64,000 nucleotides of DNA. Origin: Hamiltosporidium tvaerminnensis FI-OER-3-3 (taxonomy: Eukaryota; Fungi; Microsporidia). A program made the position numbers and the translations under genes. The stretch is taken from NCBI GenBank assembly GCA_022605425.2, contig JAKIMF020000004.1, positions 186,001 through 250,000 on the forward strand, written 5' to 3'. The notes beneath the pieces were generated by a model. The model did no database searches and was not told where the DNA came from. It saw only the letters and a list, made by a program, of their open reading frames with translations. Shown piece after piece: positions 12,956-25,211 of the stretch; the first letter of the stretch is position 1, and every line of letters begins with the position of its first letter.

Positions 12956-13677
12956 ATTTTTTTAAAATTATTCTAAGTTTTTTTTTTCTTTTATTATAAT
13001 ATTCTTTATAAAATTTTATTTTAGACAAATAATTATTTAATTCTGTTAATACTTTAAATTTAAATTTAAAAGGTTGAGTTTTCAAAGTTTAAATTACTTT
13101 TGAAGAAATATTTGAGTTTTTTGAAATTATAGAGGGAAAAGAACTTTCTTCTTATAATAATTCCATATTTCATATAAAAGCATTTTTGTTTTTAAGGTTG
13201 CACATATAAAAATGGTGATTTTAAATTTACAAATATTTCCAATAAAGATAATGTTGTTTTCTCAAACTAAAAGTATTTTTTTTTGCGATATTTTAATTTT
13301 ATAATTTTTGATTCTACAAGCAGAATATTTTCTTAGTAAAAACATTTTTGGATATTATATTTAAATAATTAGAACGTGAAAGACAAACAAAAATATAGTG
13401 AAAAATTTAAATAAATTCTTTTTAAAACAGCTACTCAATCAACTCTTTCAAAGTAAATGAAAAAAACATGCTTTATAAAGTTTATATTCAAGGCTTAGAA
13501 ATTTATTGTATGTTGATTTAAAAGTGAATACTTATTCATGTATTTTTATATTTCTTCTATATTTCTCGTTAGATTGGTTTTCATTTACATTTTAATGTAT
13601 TTCTTTATTAAATTACTATCACTGTATTAACAATAATTAGTTGATTCTATAAATTTGTTCAGTAGAAAATATCTTAG

Positions 13678-14060
13678 TCGAGGGAGAATAATTTTATTAA
13701 ACACTATCTGCTTGGCCACGAGTGTGTGAATTCGTATTAAAATCACTGCTGCCATTGTGGTGAGATATTAGCCACACGGAATCTATAGGTCAATTCCCTA
13801 TAATTCCGAATTCATCCTTGGCACTACAGCCCTGTGCGAGTCTTGGCCTCCCTTACTAATACCGCCTACCGGTCTTTTTCCAGTGGATTTGTTTACATAT
13901 CGGGTTTCGTAACAAGGTAGTTTTAAAGGGTGGGCTGTTAGCCCTACGCCAAACCCCAACATGAAGGATCAGTCCCTTTAAGTCGCCTCTAACGAAAAGC
14001 AGAGAATACTCCAAGAAAATTCTGCTCTTGGCATGTTGGGGAAATAATCCCGAATACACC
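13678..14060. repeat. ~380-bp composite non-coding repeat: family-A head plus oppositely oriented RTE-5'UTR-like motifs
   Basis: 13850-14030 is the reverse-complement homologue of 43610-43790; 13678-13770 resembles the head at 25212-25290. Confidence 0.7.
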
Positions 14061-14271
14061 GATTAAAAGCTGCAATTAAAAAACTTTATTAGAGTATCTT
14101 CGACAGCGAAAGGTAAAATAGGATTGAATAAGTTTGTAATAAATATTCATTTAAAATAACGACTATATTGTTAGATTTGTCGCTGAATAATAAAAAAAGA
14201 CTAAAACATGTGATTTTTTAGATAAAAAAAATAAAATAATCTTTTTTTACTCATTTAAAAAACCCAAATTT

Positions 14272-14940
14272 TCATACATTCATATAATATATGTTCATTA
14301 CAATATTATTTTCATAATTTGTTAAACAGTTTATAAATGAAAGAATACTGCTTAACTTATTAATCATCTTCGCTATATAAATAGAATTTTTAGTATGTTT
14401 CTTGTCATATTCTTTTTTATCATGTGTATTGACATTTTTACTTATTTCTGTAAATTCGTTAAGTAATTGTAGGTTTAAGTTTTTTATAGAAACTATAATA
14501 CTTTTTATATTTTGATTAGTTTCTTTTAAATATTCATTATTATAAATCTGATTGTTTTCTAAATACGATATTAAGTTTTTAATGTTCATGGTTTCACTTT
14601 TCTTATTTAAAAATTCTAACAAAAAAATGATTTTTTTATTAATTTTTAAAAGTTTATCGATGTAAATAATTAATTTAAAAATGAATATTTTGTTGTATTC
14701 GCCAGAGTTTTCAATTGTAATAAATTTGTTTCTTTCAATAGATAGCCACATTGAGTTTTCTTCAGCTATCAATAGTAATTTCTCAGACTTTATTTTAATA
14801 TTACATTCACATATTTTAGCATCAATCTTATTTATAGTTAAATTTTCGATCTTTTCAAGTCCCAAAAAATGATTAGAATAACTGGAATATAGAATATAAC
14901 TTAATAAAAAAAGTGAGATAGGAAAGTAAACACTGAGCAT
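14272..14940 (-). CDS. Hypothetical 222-aa protein with N-terminal signal/anchor (copy 1)
   Basis: ORF preserved in both arms (4 aa differences); hydrophobic N-terminus; divergent from the subtilisin across ~160 bp. Confidence 0.7.
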   Translation of the reverse strand: MLSVYFPISLFLLSYILYSSYSNHFLGLEKIENLTINKIDAKICECNIKIKSEKLLLIAEENSMWLSIERNKFITIENSGEYNKIFIFKLIIYIDKLLKINKKIIFLLEFLNKKSETMNIKNLISYLENNQIYNNEYLKETNQNIKSIIVSIKNLNLQLLNEFTEISKNVNTHDKKEYDKKHTKNSIYIAKMINKLSSILSFINCLTNYENNIVMNIYYMNV

Positions 14941-15104
14941 CTTTTTAATATAAAATTTATTTCGAATTTTATTTAAAAAAACAAATTCAAATTAAAAACA
15001 TGCTTATATTAATATTTCCTTAAATAGTCAAATAATTATTTACTCTTATCAAAATTTAAAACTGTTTCAATAAAAATTTATATTTGTTCTGAATTTTACA
15101 CTTG

Positions 15105-16709
15105 ATGATTTTATTGTTCTTTTTACAAATTCTAATTGAAATTTATGAAATCCAAGCTCGAAATTTCAGTTCTAATATTGATATAAAATCCTCAATACAC
15201 GATCAAGATTTAGATGTTCATAAACCCATTATTAAAGAGATAAGAGTAGAACCATTAATTAACGATTATAAAGTAGATTATGACGATAATATTCAGAGCC
15301 TTGATAAAATAATAAATGAAAAACTTGTTACCACTTTGCCAGAAAATAGCAAAGAAGTATGTAACTTAAACACAGAAAACAAAGAAAATTCCACAGAGGA
15401 GAGTATCTTAAATACAGAGAATTGTACTGATGATTTTGGTGATTCAATTGAGAAATGCTACATTGTAAAAACAAAAAGTTCTGATATAACTAAGAATCAA
15501 GAGCTAATAAGCTTTTTAAAATCAAATAATATAAAACCTACGAAAACTTATAGTAAATTGTTCGGCGGATTTACTTTTTGTACAAAAAATCCAAATATTT
15601 CAAAGAAAATCAAATATTTAAGTATTGTATCAGAAATAGAACCGGATTTAGAATATAAGATAAATTCAGTTCAATCAACAATACCATTTTATATGTTTCT
15701 TATGAATAATCTAGATAATACCATATTTAAGAATTATATTATTAACAATCGATTATTTGACTTACTTGGTATAAATACAATATTCAATTATTTATTTGGA
15801 TCTTACACATATAATTTTACAGGAAAAAATATAGAAATCTATGTTTTAGACACAACAGTGGATATAAATGATAGTGAAATTAAAGGAAGAGTTTCTAATT
15901 TATTTAAAAATGATTTATGTAATACACATGGAACAAATGTCGCAAAGGTAATTGGCGGTAAGAATATGGGATTTGCTAAAGATTCTAATTTAAAAATTTT
16001 AAACGTTGTAAATTGTTCAGGTATTGTAAAATTATCTGAAATTATTTCGGGTTTAGAAAAAATCCCAAAAAATTTAAAGAAACCAACGGTTTTATATTTA
16101 AGTATAAATGGACCAAAATCAAATCTTTTCAATCGAATAATATCTAAAATCACAGAAAACAATGTGATTGTTGTTTCTGCTGCTGGAAATAATCATGATA
16201 TAGCATGTAATTATTCACCCGGTAGTAGTGAAAATGTTATAAATGTTGGTTCTATTAATCAAGATGGAGACATATCCAAGTTTAGTAATTTCGGGGGTTG
16301 TATTAGAATATTCGCACTGGGTGAAGAAATTGATTCCAATTCTAATTTAGGAAATAAATTAATGGGTACTTCATTTTCAGCTGCAATAGTAACCGGAGCA
16401 GTAGCAATATATTTAGAAAAGTTTCCAAATGCCACACAAACTGAAATATGGAATTATTTGAATTCCAATTCTATATGGAACAAAAACGGCTATCTAGCAT
16501 TAAAAATACCCCAACTAGATAAAGAAACTGATTCTATAGAGTCTACAAAAAATATTATACCTAATCAATCCACTTACAGCTTTAAAACAATGTGTTTGAA
16601 ATATTATTTTATAGGAATAACTATTCCTATAATATGTATCACATTTTTAATTTTAATTATTTTATATTTCATTAGAAGACACAGAACAAGAAAGGAAATA
16701 ATTATTTAA
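15105..16709 (+). CDS. Subtilisin-like S8 serine protease with signal peptide, I9-like prodomain and C-terminal TM (copy 1)
   Basis: Catalytic motifs YVLDT, HGTNVA, AAGNN, GTSFSA; TM YYFIGITIPIICITFLILIILYFI followed by RRHR; 15102 is TTG, so the first ATG is 15105. Confidence 0.93.
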   Translation: MILLFFLQILIEIYEIQARNFSSNIDIKSSIHDQDLDVHKPIIKEIRVEPLINDYKVDYDDNIQSLDKIINEKLVTTLPENSKEVCNLNTENKENSTEESILNTENCTDDFGDSIEKCYIVKTKSSDITKNQELISFLKSNNIKPTKTYSKLFGGFTFCTKNPNISKKIKYLSIVSEIEPDLEYKINSVQSTIPFYMFLMNNLDNTIFKNYIINNRLFDLLGINTIFNYLFGSYTYNFTGKNIEIYVLDTTVDINDSEIKGRVSNLFKNDLCNTHGTNVAKVIGGKNMGFAKDSNLKILNVVNCSGIVKLSEIISGLEKIPKNLKKPTVLYLSINGPKSNLFNRIISKITENNVIVVSAAGNNHDIACNYSPGSSENVINVGSINQDGDISKFSNFGGCIRIFALGEEIDSNSNLGNKLMGTSFSAAIVTGAVAIYLEKFPNATQTEIWNYLNSNSIWNKNGYLALKIPQLDKETDSIESTKNIIPNQSTYSFKTMCLKYYFIGITIPIICITFLILIILYFIRRHRTRKEIII

Positions 16710-16784
16710 AAAGACTTAAAAATCGAAGAAAAATTATTTTTTAAAAAACATTTATTTTTATATGACAAATCTTTTGACAGATAT

Positions 16785-17066
16785 TTATTTTTCGTAACTA
16801 GTATTGTAAACCCAAGTTTGCGTATCTAAAGGACATATTGGCTTGGATTTAAGCCATCTAGAAATACAGTGAGAATGAAATGCATGATTACACATTCCCC
16901 ATGCAACCACACAGTCTTGATCAGCAGCAGTTTTACCATTTTGGCATTCTACACACGTATCCATAATATGATTTCTACATATTGCGCATGTTTCTACTTT
17001 CATGTCCAAAGACCAAAGAGCTACAGGCATCCATCTTTTTAGTTTTATTGTTATCTTTTTTTCCAT
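16785..17066 (-). CDS. RBX1: RING-box protein 1 (SCF RING-H2 subunit), copy 1
   Basis: W..VALW..D...[14 protein letters not shown]...[19 protein letters not shown]...CPLD; CCCC upstream of ATG. Confidence 0.97.
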   Translation of the reverse strand: MEKKITIKLKRWMPVALWSLDMKVETCAICRNHIMDTCVECQNGKTAADQDCVVAWGMCNHAFHSHCISRWLKSKPICPLDTQTWVYNTSYEK

Positions 17067-17402
17067 GATTTTTTTATGGGGTTTTTGTTATTTAAATTTC
17101 TTTTTCGAGATCTAATTTTAGATATTTAAAAATATTTTAACCAATTATTCTCTAGTTCAAGCTTCCATCTTTAGAAAATATTTTTCCATTATTTTTCCTT
17201 CAATTTTACTGACAAAAATATTTTAAAAAGTTTAGAATTTAATTCATTCAAATTTTATTGCAAAGATACTTTTAAGATATATCAAAGAATTTGAATGAAT
17301 TTAAATTTATTTTAATACTTTTAAAAGTTATTTTCTATCTTTTTAATCATTTAACATCGAATTTCTATATTTCTATAAATAGAATATTTTACTTAGAAAT
17401 GC

Positions 17403-17927
17403 ATGAAAATAGCTTTAAACAAACAGAAGAATAAAAATACAGAAACTTTTGATTCTCTTCTTAAAATAACTGATGAAATAAAACAGAGAAACGTATCTTT
17501 CGTCAGTAAAATTAAGTCTGATTTAAATAAAATATACGAAGAGAAAAATGCAGAAACAATCAGTTTATTTCAAAGTAAAGAAGAAGATTTAAAAAAAATT
17601 ATAAAGAAAATGAAAAAAGATGTTGAATTAGTTTTAAAAGAAAGAAAAGATTCTTTAAAATTATTAAAAAGAAAAGTAATTGAAATAAATGAAAAATTAG
17701 CAGAAGAAGAGAATAAAGAAGAAATAATTAATAAAAAATTAGAAGAACTGAAAAATCAAATCGAAGAAAATTTTAAAAAGAATTTAAAATCAATGGATAA
17801 TAACAAAAATAAAAATTTCGAAGAAATTAAGAATCATAAAAAGCAAATCGATAAGAATATTGAAGAATTTGGCGAATCAAAAGATCAAATGAGTGTTATT
17901 AGTAAAATAATCGCTTCGATATTTTAA
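17403..17927 (+). CDS. Hypothetical K/E-rich coiled-coil protein, 174 aa (copy 1)
   Basis: ORF conserved in both arms; stop overlaps AATAAA. Confidence 0.75.
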   Translation: MKIALNKQKNKNTETFDSLLKITDEIKQRNVSFVSKIKSDLNKIYEEKNAETISLFQSKEEDLKKIIKKMKKDVELVLKERKDSLKLLKRKVIEINEKLAEEENKEEIINKKLEELKNQIEENFKKNLKSMDNNKNKNFEEIKNHKKQIDKNIEEFGESKDQMSVISKIIASIF

Positions 17928-18249
17928 TAAAAAGCTTTATGTCGTGTATTTAATATTTCGGTTATAATTTATATCATTGTTTAATCAATAGAAAAGAACT
18001 TAAATTAAAACACATTCTATGAATATCTTACAAAAAATTTCTTATAAAATTTTTGGATTAAATATTGTTGAATAAAAAATAAAATAATTGATTCTAAAAT
18101 AAATACTTTGGAAACAAATCAAAAAATAATTTAAGTTTTCCTAACTAATCATGCTTTTAGGTAAAATAAATATTTTTTTTTCTAATTTATTCATAAGTTT
18201 ATTTCATAGCTAATCCTTGATTCTTTTATTTACATTCATATGATAGTTG

Positions 18250-18810
18250 GCATAGGAAAGATAGCCACATAAAAAATTATCTGCTTTGCAACGAATATGT
18301 GAAATTGATTTATAAAATTCTTTTTTGGGTTTTTGGTGGAATGAAAACCGCATTGCATTTTAGGTTTTTTCCATAAGAGATTGTATAAGAAGCCGAATCA
18401 CTAAAATTTGTAAACCTTTTCAGCAAACATAGCTAGTAGTTTTTATGTAACTAGATTGGAAACCAATGGGTGTCTTTTTAGGTAATTACGATGTAAAAAT
18501 GGAAACCCAACCTTGCTCATTCGAGCCAGAAGACTTGTGCCTGAAAGATACAAAAAAAATACAATTAAAAAACTAGGAGGTAAGTAGCAGGTTATATATG
18601 TTGGTATGACATTGCAATGTCTAAGTGAAACCAATGTAAATCTCCAAAATATATCTTATATAAAGAGGGTATTTGTCTTCGGAACTTTAGAGTAAGTGGA
18701 ATTCTACTAGTCTTGGGTGTATAATATGAGCTTCTACTGGCGATAACAATACGGGCTACGTATATTAACGAAACCTGACTACCCCGGCTCATTTAATGTC
18801 TTCAAAAGCA
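18250..18810 (+). repeat. Family-A repeat, old and internally deleted copy
   Basis: Similarity to 25212-25880 (ggaaagatagccacataaaaaa; ggaaacc..accttgctca; tgttggtatgacattgca; attaacgaa). Confidence 0.8.
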
Positions 18811-19399
18811 CTTCTAGATTAAAAATTTTAGGATTTAGGAATTTTAGCAAATAACTCTAGAGCCGTTGAAAAAACAGTTAGCTATGTAAAACTTATAAAT
18901 ACATAAATATCACTAAAAAACTATAAATATGCTGCTTTGAAACAAAGATATGATATCATTGGATGAAAAATATTGTATGTTAAATATTATACAACCTATT
19001 TGTTTTTTCATTTAAATTTTTACTCGACAGGGATTCGAATTTTTGTATAATTTATTTTATTTTCAAACTGTTCTTTATAAAATAACCAATCCAAATTTAT
19101 TTCATTTGCCCATAGAAAATACAAAATTTTCCCTTTTTTAGAATTACCTTTCAAAATCAATGAATATTTTAGTATTAAAAAAATATAATTTCAACTATAG
19201 ATTTGATAATATTAAAATAAATAATAGAGATTTTTGATAACTAATAATATTAAATCAAGTAATAACCTATATATAGTTAAATAATTTCTATACATTTTTT
19301 TGAAATATATGGCAAAATATTATCAAATATAAGAATTAAGATATAAAATAGATATTTATTGTATAAAAAAAATATTTCATTTATTAATTTAATTTTTAC

Positions 19400-20122
19400 T
19401 TTATTTAAAATATCACATCTTTTTCAAAACAGTGGCAAGTGTTATATTTGTTTTCATGACATTAACGCAGTTCTAGGTTTAACATAAATGACTGCTACCC
19501 CAACACTCCATCGGTAACCCCTGCGATACCTACGTCCCAAAGCCTTTCATCTACCAGGTGTGTAGAACCTAATTAATAGGCGAGGCAGTTGCCCGGAGTT
19601 CGTTAATGTCCGTTGGCTGGAGTGTGATCGAAGGCCGAAGCCCCCCCCCTGGGCTCCCCCAAGACTATGCAGCATTCCCACTTACTCTACACTTTCTGAC
19701 CCCAATAAACTTCTAGCTAAGATATATTTCAGAGATTTACATGGGGTCCACCTAGACAGTGCAATGTCATACCAACAGGTATAACCTGTTACTTAGCTTT
19801 CCCGGCTTTTAATGGTTTCTATTTTTATATCTCCCAGACGCTAAGTTTTCTAACCCGAGTGAGCAAGGCTAGGTTTCCATGATTTTACATGGCAATTACC
19901 TACATGTACAGCTGCAATCTGGTTACATAAAAAACTACAAATAAATTTGTAGAAAAAGTTTCTCCATTTCTTAGACCTCTCCTCCTCATACAAACTCCCA
20001 TGGAACAACCAAAGATGTAGTGTGGTTTTATTCCCACCAAAAATCCAAACAATGATCTCACACCAGTTTCACACACTCATCGCCAAGCAGAAAGTTTTTT
20101 ATGTGGTTATCCTCCATCCACC
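19400..20122 (-). mobile_element. Family-A ~720-nt structured non-coding interspersed repeat (SINE-like/non-autonomous), full length
   Basis: High identity to 25212-25938 (inverted), 31216-31936 and 62920-63633; no TIRs, no long ORF; strand inferred from a C(UUCG)G loop and G.U pairs. Confidence 0.85.
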
Positions 20123-20188
20123 CGTTTAATTTTTATAGAAATATATTTTTAAAAAATATTTAATCTAAATAAAAGTAAAACCCTCATA

Positions 20189-22723
20189 ATGTCGAAACAA
20201 AAAATAAATATCAATGCACTTATTGACTGTGCTGAGGTTGTAAAATCACAAATTAAAAATAAAAAAACTCCATATACTGATTCACAAGTAGAAACTTTAA
20301 AAATTTATACTGATGAACTAACAAGAACAAGAATATCAGATTTTGAAATAATTCGGAGTTTGGCGAAAGGTGGGTATGGTGCGGTTTATATTGTAAAGAA
20401 TAAAACGGATGGAAAAGTATATGCAATGAAAAGAATATGTAAAAGTGAAGTAATCAAGCAACCGCATACTGCATTGTTTATGTCCGAGAAAGATGCAATG
20501 TTGGATGCTATTAATTCAGAATGGCTGGTTTATTTATATTCTGCTTTTCAAGATAAATCATACCTTTATTTTGTTATGGATTTTGTTCCTGGTGGGGATT
20601 TTATGGCTTTATTGGCCAGAAAAGGTGTCATTCCGGAGGAATGGATACGGTTTTACGCTGCTGAGATTTTATTGTCGTTGGAAGAGTTACATTTGCTTGG
20701 ATATTTACATAGAGATATAAAACCAGACAATATTTTAATAACTGCCAGTGGTCATATTAAATTGGCTGATTTTGGTAGTTGTGCCAAAAAAGTGGACGGA
20801 AAAGCACATTCTTCTGTAACTGTCGGTACACCAGATTATATAAGTCCAGAAGTATTAAATTCTATGTGTGAAGAATGTCAATATGGCGAAGAAGTTGATG
20901 TCTGGTCTTTTGGTGTTGTTTTGTACGAAATGATTTTTGGTGAACCGCCTTTTTATTCCAATTCTTTACAGGAAACGTATAAAAGAATTTCTAATATTTC
21001 ATTCAGTCTTCCATCAGAAATATCCGAAGATTTAAAAGATCTTTTGAAGAAGACAATTTGTCACAAAGATCATAGATTGAGTATCCAAGAACTTAAAAAA
21101 CATGCATTTTTTAAAAATTTAGATTTAAAAAATATTAAGAAAATGAATCCACCTTTTGTACCTAAAATATTAGATGAAACTGATATTTCTTACTTTGAAG
21201 ATGTTTGGGAAGATAAAGATTTTAATAAAAATGAAAAAGATGAAGGATTTTTAAATTTTGTTGGATTTACTTATGATTTAAAAATTATGGACAGTTTCTA
21301 TGATCTTATAATAACTAACAAAACAGATATTAAAGATAAAATAAAATATGAAAATTTTAATTTTAAAGAGATGCACGATACATTGAATTATACAAATTCG
21401 ATTGCACCAGGCGTGAATTATACAATAAAAACTGACAAAATTTTGAAAGATGAAAATTCATTGAATCAAACTATTTTAAAACCTAATTATTCAAATGAAG
21501 ATCATCCACCATCACCAATTTATTCAGAATATATAGAAAAAACATTTGGGCCTGTCATAATCGAAAAAACTTCAAAAGATTCAATCGTTGAAAATTCAAT
21601 CTATTTTCGTTCTAAATCTGTAATCTTAGAAAATATTGAAGATATAAAAAATATTGTTTTAAAAATAAGCGAAATAGAAAAAGATGTAGATTTATTAAAT
21701 CAGGAAAATAAGTATTTATCAAGTGAAATATTTCTTTATAGAAGACGATTAGATGAAATGGGAAATCTTACTAGTATGTATGAAGCAGAAGCAAAAAGTC
21801 TAGCCGTAGGTGTACCCGACATATCAGTAGAAGAAATCAAAAAACAACTTCGAATGAAAAAAACAGAAATTAGAGAATATCAGCAAAGGTTGGAAGAAGA
21901 GATTGTTCAAAGACAAAGATTAGAGAACGAGTTAATTAAAATAAAAGAAGAAAAAGAAAAAATTGCAAAAGAAAAAGGCAATATTTGTACAAAAGGCATT
22001 TTCAATGTTAAAATATTACAAATCAATAAAGACGAATCATACGAGAACTCAATTATCGATATAGAGGACAATAAATTTAGTTTCCAAGACAAATCTTCGA
22101 ATATAAATAATGTTTACCTTGAAAACTTGCGAAACAACGAACTTTATCATTTAACTATGAAAAAAAGAGCACTCATAATCAAAATAACTTTTATAAAAGA
22201 CGTAGAAAAAAGTATAAGTTCAATGTCTAGAACCAGTCTCAAAAGAGTAGAACAAGAGATTGATAGAGAAAATCAAATCAAAAAAGGAATTGAAGATATG
22301 ATTAAAATGCTAAATGGACAGGTTTTAGAAAATGCAATTAAACAACTCGAAGGATCAAAAAAGAAAATACATCAATTACAATTTGAATTAGAAAAAATCA
22401 AAAGATGCAGTTTAAATGAAGATTCAGAAGAAGAAGAGCAACCTTCAAATATCAAAGCATACGAATTTAATAATCATCGTTTTATTATAAAATCTTTTCC
22501 ACCTCATACTCTATGCTATCACTGTAATGAAGTACTTTATGGATTATGTGATCAAGGATATGAGTGTAGTGAATGTAAAATGATTGTTCATAAGTGTTGT
22601 TATGTATTAACTGATGTGTCTTGTGAAGTATATAAGGCTATGAGGAAAGGTGTATCATATTATGTTATGTTGAGAAATTTAGAAGAAAAAGAAAAATTAT
22701 TTAGAATTGTAAAAGGACTGTGA
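20189..22723 (+). CDS. AGC kinase of ROCK/DMPK type with coiled coil, HR1-like repeat and C1 domain
   Basis: HRDIKPDN, LADFGSC, VGTPDYISPEVL, PPFVP...D.SYF, FVGFTY; C1 signature H.F...C..C..L.G...QGY.C..C...VH..C; CCC upstream of ATG. Confidence 0.92.
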   Translation: MSKQKININALIDCAEVVKSQIKNKKTPYTDSQVETLKIYTDELTRTRISDFEIIRSLAKGGYGAVYIVKNKTDGKVYAMKRICKSEVIKQPHTALFMSEKDAMLDAINSEWLVYLYSAFQDKSYLYFVMDFVPGGDFMALLARKGVIPEEWIRFYAAEILLSLEELHLLGYLHRDIKPDNILITASGHIKLADFGSCAKKVDGKAHSSVTVGTPDYISPEVLNSMCEECQYGEEVDVWSFGVVLYEMIFGEPPFYSNSLQETYKRISNISFSLPSEISEDLKDLLKKTICHKDHRLSIQELKKHAFFKNLDLKNIKKMNPPFVPKILDETDISYFEDVWEDKDFNKNEKDEGFLNFVGFTYDLKIMDSFYDLIITNKTDIKDKIKYENFNFKEMHDTLNYTNSIAPGVNYTIKTDKILKDENSLNQTILKPNYSNEDHPPSPIYSEYIEKTFGPVIIEKTSKDSIVENSIYFRSKSVILENIEDIKNIVLKISEIEKDVDLLNQENKYLSSEIFLYRRRLDEMGNLTSMYEAEAKSLAVGVPDISVEEIKKQLRMKKTEIREYQQRLEEEIVQRQRLENELIKIKEEKEKIAKEKGNICTKGIFNVKILQINKDESYENSIIDIEDNKFSFQDKSSNINNVYLENLRNNELYHLTMKKRALIIKITFIKDVEKSISSMSRTSLKRVEQEIDRENQIKKGIEDMIKMLNGQVLENAIKQLEGSKKKIHQLQFELEKIKRCSLNEDSEEEEQPSNIKAYEFNNHRFIIKSFPPHTLCYHCNEVLYGLCDQGYECSECKMIVHKCCYVLTDVSCEVYKAMRKGVSYYVMLRNLEEKEKLFRIVKGL

Positions 22724-23299
22724 TTAGTCTATTAATGGTAAAATTGAGTATAAAAATAATATAATGTTGAATTTTAAAATAAAAACTTTAAAAATAATTT
22801 TTTTAAGCAAATGATTTTTATATAAAAATGTATGGTTAAAACAAAAAAATTTAATGACTAAAAACAGACAAATTTATGCTGATTGCTAAATAGAAGTTTG
22901 GTGGGTATTTATTTTAAAATTACTAATGATTTACCTCTTCAATTTATAGAAAAAAAATCAAAAATGCTTGATACAAGTTACTTTTCATTAGTATGGCATT
23001 TTATGTTGTTCTCAGTGATAACCGATTGTATTTTTTAGATATTTGCGTACGAAATATGTACAAGAATTATGAATTTTATGAATCTGATCTTGAACTAAAT
23101 CGACTAATGAGATTAAATTTAAAATAGAAAGTTTTTTGGCAGATCAACGGAAATTACCTGAAATATTTTTTAGGTAAAGAATTGTGTATCAATCAATGCT
23201 TGAAGATAATGATAGGTCTTTCAAATTCTAGGTTCAATGTATTTATTTACTGTTGAACCCATTCCACGCCCACGATTTTTTCGCATTTAAGCTTAAAAA

Positions 23300-24920
23300 T
23301 AATATATATCTTCAAATTTACATATTATAATGATTTTTACAGCATTTTTGTTTCGTTTCTAATTTCTTTCGTTTCCTAATTTTTTTGATTTGAATAAATC
23401 TAATTAAGGAGAAAAACAGTAAAAACAAAATGAAAATCATTAAGAAATTTAAATGGAAAATGGAAAATGAAAAGTAAAAAATGGAAAATGCTATTTTTGA
23501 GGAAATAAGCAGTTTATGTTCAGATTTTGGCTTTTTATCATTCATACTCTTGTAAAGATGTGATAATTCCTCATGGTCATACTTCTTAATACAATTTTTG
23601 CAAGTAATTTTCTTTTTTTTTTGCATTTTAATAGAAAGCTATCACTACCAAATAGCAATAAATTTCCAAGCTGTCTCTCTTAAAAGCGAGCTATTTTGCT
23701 TTTACTTGATTTTGGATTAGTATCAAAACCCTTTTTAGTAGTAAAACATCATTTAGATTAATATAAACGAAATAAATGTAAATTCACATTATTTTTCATC
23801 TGCGCCACATATTTTTCTGGATAAGTAAATTAACCAGTTAGGGCAATGCCGATTTTATTTGATACTTTACGCCTCAAGATCTACTTTATTCTAATAAATG
23901 TCATTTTGATATTTAAATTTGTTTTTCAGTTATTTCTTTAATTTTGAGTTACCGGAATACTCTTCATAAATTGCATATTCTTCGAAATTAACAGCATTTT
24001 TGCATTCGCAACGTTTGAACACCTTAATAAGGGTTTTGCATATTCCAACGCCCTAAGTTTTAATCTGGTTAATCTCGAATTTATATCATAAACTAATTTA
24101 TCTTATTCGGTAAGGCATTTTAAATTTAAAGCAAGTTTGCGTTATTATAGTCTAATATCATCTCCAAATTTGTTCCTGATTTTGTGGATGTTTTGCTCTT
24201 GTAGTAATGGAAGAAATGTTGTATTGCGCACATATTTATCTTATTCATTCATTTACAAACTCTTTCCCTTATCTGTTTCTAGTGAGCAAGATCCATCTCT
24301 ATAAAACTATGATTTTCAGGTTTGGTCTCAAAATTGACTATTGACATGTTTGGTTTGGTATCATAAATTAAAACTTTGTGTGTAAATCCAAAATGTGTAA
24401 GATTCATCTAAGTCGATTATTATTTGTTTAGTATTTTCACATATGAACAAAATTTATTCGAACTTTTTTCAATGAATAATTCTCAGATATAAATGAATTC
24501 ATTATTTTGACTTCGATGCTGGTTATATTGGCTCGTTATAAGTAATTTTCTATTTTTTAACCTAAACCAGCAGTATTTTCTGGTAATTCACCGCTGCATT
24601 CTTTTATACCAATATTACAAGGAATGTGTTATATTACAAAGATTATCTTGCGCTATCTTGTTTTAATCAACTAAACTTTTTATAAGGTTGTCAACATCTG
24701 TGTATTCGCCTTATTACTTTCGATCCATATGTATCGGCTAGTCATTTCAAAGGCCATGTTGTCTAATTGTTATTAATTTGGAAGGTATTTTTCTTAAAAT
24801 TTCGAAGACTTTGGTTCTTCTAATTTAATATTTATCACAATCCACTTAATTTTGATTAAAATTTTTACCTGTTAGAAATACAATATATTTCATTCCTTCT
24901 GAAACATGAATATAGACAAA
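23300..24920 (-). mobile_element. Decayed rve/DDE integrase-type transposase (Ginger2/KRBA2-SCAND3-like), relic 1
   Basis: Collinear homology with 29160-30790; TD.GKEFVN readable near 24270; C-terminal CKNCIKKY. Confidence 0.55.
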
Positions 24921-25211
24921 ATTAAATCGAAATCTTTATTATATGAAAGTTCAGCTAAAAAAATAATTGATTTATTTAAAGTTATTTTTTAGTTTTTTTA
25001 TACTGGTTGTGGAATAGGTTCGACGATAAAAAAATTATTTATCAGGCAGCTTGGATAGTAATTTAGGCGCAAATAAAGTTGTATTTTAGAAATTAAATAA
25101 ATTAATTCTTAGCGGCTTATGTTTCATTGGCTCTATAATATTTTTCGCGGAAAAAGTACTTTTAATCCTATCATCAGCATAATAAATTTATTTATTCTTT
25201 AGCAAATATGT

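Larger units (their letters stand above)
14168..17983 (+). repeat. Inverted segmental duplication, arm 1 (four genes)
   Basis: Near-identical reverse complement of 45293-49116, including intergenic DNA. Confidence 0.95.

Noticed and set aside
15839-16162. 107-aa ORF conserved in both arms (also 47122-47445), and the 63-aa ORFs at 14681/48412
   Set aside because: Antisense to real genes; conserved only because the duplication is recent
19018-19045. tRNA T-arm-like string (reverse complement ttcgaatccctgtcgagta)
   Set aside because: No D-arm, anticodon arm or acceptor partner could be folded
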